NCBI GenBank assembly: GCA_044450345.1
Contig: JBIOIY010000064.1
Span: 1 to 14,484 of the forward strand
DNA length: 14,484 nt
Reading direction: 5' to 3'
DNA from: Thermodesulfovibrionales bacterium
GTDB lineage: Bacteria > Nitrospirota > Thermodesulfovibrionia > Thermodesulfovibrionales > UBA6898
Below are positions 8,068-14,484 of this stretch, piece after piece. The position numbers and the translations under genes are program-made. The notes below the pieces were generated by a model, which was given only the letters and a program-made list of their open reading frames with translations, did not search any database and was not told the DNA's origin. Each line of letters opens with the position of its first letter. Position 1 is the first letter of the stretch.

Positions 8068-8832
8068 ATGACTCAAAGGATTCGAACAAAATTAAGGGCT
8101 GGACTGCGATTCCTGCTGACTACTGGAATTGCAGCTATGTTATTGCTTTCTCTCACAGTATACGCTCAGGCAGCCGGATCGGCTAAACAAAAATATGTGA
8201 GCGTCGATGATACGATGAAGCTCCTCGACCGGCTCGGCGTAACCAAAGGGAACCCTCTCACCTACGTGAAATCGTCTGACACAGGGGAAAAGGAATGGCG
8301 CGCGCACTTATTCACCTTGAACCAGGGAGGCGTAAACCTTCCTCTTATCACCTACGTCAATAAAAGTGATGTCGTAGTCGGTCTGCTTATACGCAACGGT
8401 AAGCTCGTTATCCCTAAGATTCCCGTCGAGGAGATGATGCCGGCTATGAATATGAGCCAGTCAAAGGTTACCTCCGAAGGGAGGATATCCTTCAACCCTG
8501 CCGGGAAAGAGACAATTTATATGTTTACGGACCCGGACTGCCCTTACTGCCAGCCTATCGAGAAACTCTTGGCCAGCTATAAAGGCAAATACAAAGTAGT
8601 GCTCAAACATTTCCCGCTCGAACAGATTCATCCCGGGGCGAAGGAAAGAGCTCTAGAGAAACAGTGCATGGCGATGAGCTCCGGATGTGACGACAAATCA
8701 CGCCAGGTTGCGGCCGCAATCGTTGATGAGGACATGAAAGAAGCATCAGCGCTGGGGGTTGACGGCACGCCCTTTTTTATTACCGACAAGGGCAAGGTCA
8801 TTGCACAGATCCCTGACCTGGGCGCCCAATAA
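8068..8832 (+). CDS. dsbC: DsbC/DsbG-like periplasmic thiol:disulfide isomerase
   Basis: RBS GGAGG; signal peptide; FTDPDCPYC active site; HFPL..IHPGA; GVDGTP cis-Pro loop. Such genes commonly accompany Cys-rich F-type Tra proteins. Confidence 0.85.
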   Translation: MTQRIRTKLRAGLRFLLTTGIAAMLLLSLTVYAQAAGSAKQKYVSVDDTMKLLDRLGVTKGNPLTYVKSSDTGEKEWRAHLFTLNQGGVNLPLITYVNKSDVVVGLLIRNGKLVIPKIPVEEMMPAMNMSQSKVTSEGRISFNPAGKETIYMFTDPDCPYCQPIEKLLASYKGKYKVVLKHFPLEQIHPGAKERALEKQCMAMSSGCDDKSRQVAAAIVDEDMKEASALGVDGTPFFITDKGKVIAQIPDLGAQ

Positions 8833-9833
8833 TGCAAATGAAAAACGCCTCTGTAATACTGATTCTGTCGCTAATGCTTCTGATGGCGCTCGCACCCCCT
8901 GCCGGCGCCGATGACACCGTTGACTTGTTCAATTTCCTTAAAGTTCTCGACCTCGAGCAGTGTCTGCTCAAAAGTTATCGCTGTATGCCTTTTGCGTGCG
9001 TCGATAAATGGGGTATACCTATAGGCGACCGTATCTGCCATAACGTGCCCGTGGGCTTTGTAGAGACTCCTACGGCCCCTTTCACCACTGTTGTGCCCAT
9101 GGTAGGAGTAATACTGGATGCCCTTTCAAGCTCTCTTGGACAGTTTCCGGGATCTGGCGGCAGCTCGACTTCATCCTCCGGGGAAACACACCTTAAATTT
9201 TTCGAAGCGCATGTGTTCAATATGCCGACGAGGACCTTTATAAAGTTCAGATATCCCTTCCTCAAAATGTGCTACTACGGCAGCACGCCCTGGGAGGTAA
9301 ATTATGTGTCTGAGGCCGACGAGCCCAACTGGCGCATGGGGTTGGCTGATTTCCTTACAATGGACTTCCTGACGGGTGCAATAATGCAAATATCGCAGGC
9401 CTGCAGTGTCACCGCAGTTGCCGACAACATAGGCGATACCATCGGTGAGAATATTTCGATCGGGGGCCAACTGTTGGGCGATGCATGTATGGGAACCTGG
9501 GGAGTGACATACCCGAGGACCGGTTACTCTAACGCCTATTCCGAGCCGGTTGCTTCAGGCATTGCCGCCTATAGGGCAAGCAGGGTGGTGGCTAAACCGC
9601 TTATGCGACTTGTATTTATGCCTAAGTTATTCGACCCAAATTTAAAGATGCAGCTGGGATATCCCTCTTACGGGAAACCGCTGAACTGTTTCAGTAAGGG
9701 CGCTACCCCACTGGTATGGGACAATTTCACAACCAAACTTCCAAAAGGAACAGGTTATATATGGGTACTATGGGAAAAAACATGCTGCTGCTATCCGCCA
9801 ACAGGATGCGTGGGGTTGCCCGGTACTATGTGA
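8832..9833 (+). CDS. traU: TraU-family conjugative transfer protein
   Basis: Signal peptide; Cys-rich; YVSEAD..NWR; CMGTWGVTYPRTG; C-terminal YIWVLWEKTCCC. The start overlaps the dsbC stop (TAATG). Confidence 0.85.
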   Translation: MQMKNASVILILSLMLLMALAPPAGADDTVDLFNFLKVLDLEQCLLKSYRCMPFACVDKWGIPIGDRICHNVPVGFVETPTAPFTTVVPMVGVILDALSSSLGQFPGSGGSSTSSSGETHLKFFEAHVFNMPTRTFIKFRYPFLKMCYYGSTPWEVNYVSEADEPNWRMGLADFLTMDFLTGAIMQISQACSVTAVADNIGDTIGENISIGGQLLGDACMGTWGVTYPRTGYSNAYSEPVASGIAAYRASRVVAKPLMRLVFMPKLFDPNLKMQLGYPSYGKPLNCFSKGATPLVWDNFTTKLPKGTGYIWVLWEKTCCCYPPTGCVGLPGTM

Positions 9834-10801
9834 TAGGTCTGCTCTTCCTGGCCTTCTGTTGTCCCGCATACGGCGACGACGCTACGACGAAGGCCCAGGG
9901 CGACCTTATCATACGTACTAAGAAATCAGGGGATTTACTTACGTCTCCAAAAAAGACAGCGTCTCCTCAGGATAACGCTATAAAGAAAACGGTCGCTGGG
10001 AGCAAACAGCCGGCTGCGGCGCAGGCGAGCTCTGTTTCCGCTGAGGAGCTACTTAAACCCTCTAAAAATTACCTGGACGTCTACCTGGGTGCCTGTCAGC
10101 CCACACCGGAGGCCATCAGCGCGGTAAAGCGTTTTCTTGCGAGCCACACTGGTTTTGCCGCCCAATATTTTATGATGAACACACAGTCTGATAAGGCACC
10201 AGACATGAGCGGAGCTAAGGGCATAGAGTTCTATCTGCCACTGGATGCCCGCCGCTATGACATAAGAACTGTGCCATCTTTTATCCTCAACAAAGATGGT
10301 GTCTCTTACAAGATAACGGGGGTTGCTGAGATCTCGGACATATATGACGAGATAGAAAAAAAGACTGTTCAGGGAGAAAAGAAGGGAGAGTACATCGACC
10401 TAGGGGAGCGCGGCAGAGGTTGTCGCGCCTTAGCACCCGATTTCAGACCTACCTCTCTTACTGCTGAGCAGCGTAAAGAAGTGATGAGGGAACAGCAGTT
10501 GCCCCCCCGGGGCCTTACGCTTCGAGATCCTATCACGTTGCCGGAGCAAAACGCCCCGGTGCATATCGTCAAGGAAGCTGACGCGATCCGGGGGCTTAAG
10601 ACTTTTGTGGTGTTTTCCGAGCGACATAAGACATGGGCCAAGCAGCAGTTTGCAGCCGGGGCCACCGGCTGCTGTACAGACTGTGTAAAGCTTGATGGCC
10701 TGTGGCCTCATGCGCAATATTGCACAAAAGAAATGCTCGCTAAACTGGGAGTGAACGGGGTACCAACTACAATAACCTTTGGGAGAAATGCCGCTAACTA
10801 A
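9806..10801 (+). CDS. traW: TrbC-TraW-like fusion pilus assembly protein
   Basis: Signal peptide from ATG 9806 (GTG 9830 is an alternative; 9716 overlaps traU too far). TrbC-like PLDARRYDIRTVPSFIL...ITG. TraW-like DLGERG......PDF and C-terminal LAKLGVNGVPTTI. Confidence 0.55.
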   Translation: MRGVARYYVIGLLFLAFCCPAYGDDATTKAQGDLIIRTKKSGDLLTSPKKTASPQDNAIKKTVAGSKQPAAAQASSVSAEELLKPSKNYLDVYLGACQPTPEAISAVKRFLASHTGFAAQYFMMNTQSDKAPDMSGAKGIEFYLPLDARRYDIRTVPSFILNKDGVSYKITGVAEISDIYDEIEKKTVQGEKKGEYIDLGERGRGCRALAPDFRPTSLTAEQRKEVMREQQLPPRGLTLRDPITLPEQNAPVHIVKEADAIRGLKTFVVFSERHKTWAKQQFAAGATGCCTDCVKLDGLWPHAQYCTKEMLAKLGVNGVPTTITFGRNAAN

Positions 10802-11432
10802 CGCACCAAAAAATTCTATGAATGGTCATGCATATGAAATAAATATACGCGAAGAAGGAGAGAGAGTCTCATGTCCTGTCACATTGGGGATACTCCAGAC
10901 GATAAACCTAAAGGGTGAAGCGCTCTTTGCCCACTCTGTTATGGTGGGTACGTTGGCGGAACTCGTAGGCACTTCCCTTGGACTTGATAGCCGAAGTATC
11001 GCTGTTTTAAAGATTGCTGGCCTACTGCACGATATTGGGAAGATCGCTATCAGTAACGAAATCCTGTTGAAACCATCCCAATTAAATAAGCGGGAGATGG
11101 AGCAAATCAGGGCGCATCCCGAGCAGGGCGCAAAGGCCCTCGCTAGATTGGAGGGATTTGGGCAGATTGCGAAAATAGTACTCTATCATCACGAAGCCGA
11201 TAACGGTGAAGGATATCCGCACGGCCTCAAAGGAGACCAGATTCCGCTCGAATCAAAAATAATTCGGTTTTGCGATATGTATTCGGCTATGACAAGCGAA
11301 AGACCTTATAAGCCGTCGTATTCGCATCGACATGCCCTTCAACTCTCGATAGAGGCGTTCAGCGTCCCTGCACACGATCGCAGGATAGTACAGGGGGTCC
11401 TAGACGGCGTGATGGTTGTAAAAGGTGTTTAG
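10788..11432 (+). CDS. Stand-alone HD-GYP domain protein (cyclic-dinucleotide phosphodiesterase family)
   Basis: HS..V, GLLHDIGK, IL.KP..L...E, HPEQG, HHE..NG.GYP.GL.G.QIP, D.Y.AMTS.RPYK. Start is uncertain (10779, 10788 or 10818). Confidence 0.9.
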   Translation: MPLTNAPKNSMNGHAYEINIREEGERVSCPVTLGILQTINLKGEALFAHSVMVGTLAELVGTSLGLDSRSIAVLKIAGLLHDIGKIAISNEILLKPSQLNKREMEQIRAHPEQGAKALARLEGFGQIAKIVLYHHEADNGEGYPHGLKGDQIPLESKIIRFCDMYSAMTSERPYKPSYSHRHALQLSIEAFSVPAHDRRIVQGVLDGVMVVKGV

Positions 11433-11460
11433 TGCATCGGGGCAGGGGAGGGCGCGATCC

Positions 11461-11489
11461 TTCATGCGCAAACCCACTGGACTTATAAT
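11461..11489 (+). promoter_or_regulatory. Possible sigma70 promoter for the ATPase gene
   Basis: TTCATG (11461-11466, weak -35), 17-nt spacer, TATAAT (11484-11489). Purine-rich RBS GAGGGGGAG before GTG 11540. Confidence 0.45.
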
Positions 11490-11539
11490 TGTCTGTAGAG
11501 TGCTCTTAATTTGTTGTGACAGAGAGGGGAGTATAGGCA

Positions 11540-12805
11540 GTGATCATCGAGATCGGGCGAAGTAAGCACGATTCCCATCCGGTAGTATTCAACTCGGCCG
11601 ATGTAGTCAATCCTCACGTCATGGTCGTCGGTACGACCGGCGTCGGGAAGACTTATACTCTGCGCAATATTGTGAGCCAGATAGCGCGTCACAATTCTGC
11701 CCGCGCTCACGTCTTTGACTCGCAAGGAGATCTCGGTATTAATCCCGCATTACAGTCGGCCGCGAAGTTCAGTGAGGTTTCCCTTTTTGGCATAAATCCT
11801 CTGGAAATTGATGCCGACGTCGATTTTGGGGGAGTACGGCGTTCCGTTGCACGCTTTCTCTCCATGCTGGATAGATACTCTGCGACCCGCCTCGGCGAAC
11901 GCCAACAGGTGGTACTCAGGAATCTGCTTTACGACCTCTACGCAAAGCATGGCTACTATTACAGCAAACCCGAGAGCTGGATCCCAAATGGTAAGACTCC
12001 GCCTACATTAATGAACCTGAAGACTTTTGTTGAAGAAAAGAGACTCGCTCTTTCGATCGGGGGGAATAACGCATCCTTTAAAGCTATTGAATCGCTTGCG
12101 GATAAGTTATATAAGTTGAACGAAAATGGTGAGCAACTGAGCCCCATGGATGCGGAGGAAATAGCGGAGCTGAAGGAGAGGTACGTCGACGCCAGTCGGA
12201 CTTTTGCGGAGAGCATAAGCACCGGTCGCGAAATCAAGGAACTCAAAAGGTATAGCGACGCGGATCTCGTTCAGTCGGTTCTAAATAGGATCGAAAATTT
12301 ATACCATACAGGGCTTTTTAAAAATACTCCGCCTATGTTTGCGAAGACGAAACCGGTATGGTTATATGACATAGCGAGCTTAGGAAAGAACGAGGCAGGA
12401 TATTTGGTCGAAATTTATCTTTACAAGGTTTTTTCACGTTCAAGACAGGCTGGAATTTCTCCTTATGCCGCCGTTCGTCAGATTTTTTGTATAGATGAGG
12501 CGCAGCGTTACATTTCGAGCGAGTCTGACCATATAATCAACACTGCTGTGCGTGAGGGGCGTAAGTATGGGTTGTCTCTTGTTTTTGCCAGTCAAAATGT
12601 CGATAACTTTTCAAAAGACATAGTGAGTAATTGCGCGACAAAAATACTACTCGGGATCGATGAGACCGATCACGCAAGGGTTGCAAAGAAGTTCGGGCTG
12701 AAAGTTTCTCAGCTTAAAGCCATTGAACCTCAACACACGGCTTTGGTTCAGATAAAGACTAAGGGGAACCGGCTTTCGAATGACTTTGTTGAGGTTGTGC
12801 TTTGA
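11540..12805 (+). CDS. FtsK/HerA-superfamily (HerA/VirB4-like) P-loop ATPase, 421 aa
   Basis: NPHVMVVGTTGVGKT (Walker A), FDSQGD, INPL, IFCIDEAQ (Walker B), REGRKYGL (Arg finger), ASQ. No TM segment. Confidence 0.85.
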   Translation: MIIEIGRSKHDSHPVVFNSADVVNPHVMVVGTTGVGKTYTLRNIVSQIARHNSARAHVFDSQGDLGINPALQSAAKFSEVSLFGINPLEIDADVDFGGVRRSVARFLSMLDRYSATRLGERQQVVLRNLLYDLYAKHGYYYSKPESWIPNGKTPPTLMNLKTFVEEKRLALSIGGNNASFKAIESLADKLYKLNENGEQLSPMDAEEIAELKERYVDASRTFAESISTGREIKELKRYSDADLVQSVLNRIENLYHTGLFKNTPPMFAKTKPVWLYDIASLGKNEAGYLVEIYLYKVFSRSRQAGISPYAAVRQIFCIDEAQRYISSESDHIINTAVREGRKYGLSLVFASQNVDNFSKDIVSNCATKILLGIDETDHARVAKKFGLKVSQLKAIEPQHTALVQIKTKGNRLSNDFVEVVL

Positions 12806-12814
12806 TTATGCGAG

Positions 12815-12849
12815 AAGGGCAGGACTAATCACCCTGCCCTTTAGTTTTT
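12815..12849. terminator. Intrinsic terminator between convergent genes, possibly bidirectional
   Basis: Perfect 9-bp inverted repeat AAGGGCAGG (12815-12823) / CCTGCCCTT (12833-12841), followed by TAGTTTTT on the + strand. Confidence 0.8.
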
Positions 12850-12853
12850 AATA

Positions 12854-13276
12854 TTAGGGATTAGTTTCCTTAAAAACATCCCTGCATCCCTCTTTAAATT
12901 TATCTGCTTTCCACTTCTCTGAAAGCCACTGAGGTAGTTTACCTTGATAATATTTTAAAGCATCCGTTTTTAGATCGTCTTTATCCCTATAAAATTTTTC
13001 CCGTTCCTTTTCAGCGGTAGTTCCTTCCTCTTCTGCTTCTTTTAAAGTCTTCTGATTATCACGGTCATGAGGATACTTAAGTAAAAAGTTGCGTGAGATT
13101 TCGGCTTTCTTCCCTGCGTATTCTATGCGTATTCCTCGCACCTCAATGTCCCTAGCAATATTACACATCTTTGATGCATATTGTAATTGTAATTCATCGG
13201 GGGCTTTTGTTTCTGCCCATGCCATCCCCGTACATAATAAGATAAGAACCACTGCTAATAGCATTAACTTTCTCAT
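12854..13276 (-). CDS. Hypothetical exported protein (140 aa), helical and charged
   Basis: RBS GGAGGG; Sec signal peptide ending AWA; Lys/Glu-rich; two Cys in the mature part. Confidence 0.75.
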   Translation of the reverse strand: MRKLMLLAVVLILLCTGMAWAETKAPDELQLQYASKMCNIARDIEVRGIRIEYAGKKAEISRNFLLKYPHDRDNQKTLKEAEEEGTTAEKEREKFYRDKDDLKTDALKYYQGKLPQWLSEKWKADKFKEGCRDVFKETNP

Positions 13277-13308
13277 AAAATTTCCCTCCGGTTAATTGTT
13301 TATGGATA

Positions 13309-13851
13309 CTATAGGTCTTGAAGAATCTTTTTTCTAGCTGCGGTGTATTCTTCCTCTGTTATCAAACCTTGCTCTTTTAGAGACTTCGCTTTTTTTAGAC
13401 GTGACTCAACATCACCGTTATCACTAGAATTAGGTTGTTGTTGCTGTAGTGGTGCAAACGAGATTGTATCTATCATGTCGCCTGATGCACCTGTAGTAGA
13501 TACCGCTAAAAGTTCGTCTGATACAGTAATGGTCTTACCCGTTAGGTTCTTAGAGGCTGAATAAAATCTTAAACTATAGGTCTGTCCTGCTTGGTCTTTC
13601 AGAATAATACTATCCCAATTGGCTGCTACAATCTTACCAATAATTGAAGGAATAGGTTGTGTAGTTGGATATTGTGGTGGATTTGATTGTTGGGGTTGTA
13701 CAACCACCACAGTAGGTGCAGGTGGTTGTGCCATAGAATTTGCAAGAGAACTCCCAGCATAAGCACCCCAAAAACTACTACCCCAACCTGCTTCTGCTAC
13801 TGCTGAAAATAACATCATTACTATCACTGCTAGAAACATTACTCTTTTCAT
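13309..13851 (-). CDS. Exported protein with a C-terminal SHOCT domain (180 aa)
   Basis: RBS GGAGGG; signal peptide ending AEA; Pro/Gln linkers around a small beta domain; C-terminal RLKKAKSLKEQGLITEEEYTAARKKIL matches the SHOCT pattern. Confidence 0.8.
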   Translation of the reverse strand: MKRVMFLAVIVMMLFSAVAEAGWGSSFWGAYAGSSLANSMAQPPAPTVVVVQPQQSNPPQYPTTQPIPSIIGKIVAANWDSIILKDQAGQTYSLRFYSASKNLTGKTITVSDELLAVSTTGASGDMIDTISFAPLQQQQPNSSDNGDVESRLKKAKSLKEQGLITEEEYTAARKKILQDL

Positions 13852-13881
13852 AATCCCTCCATTAAAGTCTTTACTAACCCG

Positions 13882-13910
13882 ATTATACTCCTAACATCAT
13901 GTCCAAGCAA
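13882..13910 (-). promoter_or_regulatory. Sigma70 promoter for the two-gene minus-strand unit
   Basis: On the minus strand: TTGCTT (13910-13905), 17-nt spacer, TATAAT (13887-13882), about 30 nt upstream of the ATG. Confidence 0.75.
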
Positions 13911-14046
13911 TTTTAGGTCTTATTCTTCCGTAGAAGGGCTAATAAAGCCTTTGTCTATAAGTAGCTGCACTCCACGGTCTCTTCTTTTCCTCCTTTTTTT
14001 CTACCCTCCTTTGCTACTATTGACCTTGCATTATGCTTCCCCTGAG

Positions 14047-14120
14047 CTTCTGGAAATTCCGGAAGGGTTCGGACATCTTATTCCGAAGCAGTTCGAACAG
14101 GCGTTCAAAGAGTTCGGACA
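14047..14120. repeat. Cluster of phased short direct repeats and palindromes
   Basis: GTTCGGACA 14067-14075, GTTCGAACA 14091-14099 and GTTCGGACA 14112-14120. Palindromes TTCCGGAA 14057-14064 and GTTCGAAC 14091-14098. Confidence 0.6.
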
Positions 14121-14484
14121 CTATTGCAGAGGGCCTGAGATGCCTTAAGCGCGGAGAGACAATATCAGTCAGGCCCAAACGCAGGAGTACACCGACGAAC
14201 ATCCATTGAGAGCGACCGTGTCAAGCGAAAAAGCCTGCCTTTAGTCTTTTTCTTTTAAGACCACAAATTATTATCAGGGTCCTTTAACACAAAGTGAATC
14301 TGACTCGTTCTTTCTAAAAGCGATGCAGAGAACTTATCTGCACCAAACATCCATACGGGCTCTGTGGGATTGCTCCCGTGCAGGGGCGATGCGGCTACCT
14401 CTGCGGCACCAGAAAGTTATCGGTACCTGAACCGGCCTCATTCAGCAAATGCAGTCGATGTCTGCACAAGGCAGCATCAGTTAT

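Larger units (their letters stand above)
1..12805 (+). mobile_element. Transfer (T4SS mating-pair formation) region of a conjugative plasmid or ICE; element boundaries are not in the window
   Basis: Co-oriented cluster of traF, traH-like, traG-like, traT, dsbC, traU and trbC/traW-like genes, many with overlapping stop/start codons. No integrase, relaxase or rep gene is visible. Confidence 0.9.

Noticed and set aside
11433..11539. c-di-GMP (GEMM) riboswitch next to the HD-GYP gene
   Set aside because: Only GCAAACC resembles the motif. The GNRA-capped stem, receptor stem and rest of the consensus are missing, and the region is better explained as promoter plus RBS.
11540..12805. Calling the ATPase traC or traD, or a HerA-NurA / Sir2-HerA system
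   Set aside because: It is too short for TraC, has no TM anchor for TraD, and has no partner nuclease or sirtuin adjacent.
349..13564. Numerous antisense and out-of-frame ORFs of 60-130 aa in the track
   Set aside because: They are nested in well-supported genes and show no recognisable motifs, consistent with shadow ORFs.
14047..14120. CRISPR array
   Set aside because: The repeats are only 9 bp with 12-15-bp gaps, and there are no cas genes.
13951..14202. Short ORFs 13951..14148 (+) and 14017..14202 (-)
   Set aside because: No convincing RBS or recognisable motif; they overlap each other and the repeat array. They cannot be fully excluded.

Overview
The window is the transfer region of a conjugative element (plasmid or ICE); the host cannot be determined from the sequence. 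A tightly packed + strand array runs as follows: the 3' end of a Gly-rich adhesin-like gene, two predicted lipoproteins (one with Ig-like repeats), traF, a TraH-like gene and a short TraG_N-type gene. A small convergent 2-TM gene follows in the position typical of entry-exclusion genes. After it come traT (with a highly structured ~150-nt leader), dsbC, traU, a compact TrbC-TraW fusion, a stand-alone HD-GYP protein and a 421-aa HerA/VirB4-like ATPase. A terminator separates this array from two AT-richer, convergent genes for exported proteins (one with a SHOCT domain). The window ends in an apparently non-coding stretch with phased repeats and inverted repeats. The most notable points are an apparent F-type/G-type (PFGI-1-like) mosaic mating-pair system with its own adhesin module and no traN in the window, the exclusion locus with a structured RNA leader and identical inverted RBS 12-mers, and an HD-GYP plus ATPase pair appended to the tra genes. 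All family assignments rest on motifs recognised by eye, not on database searches.
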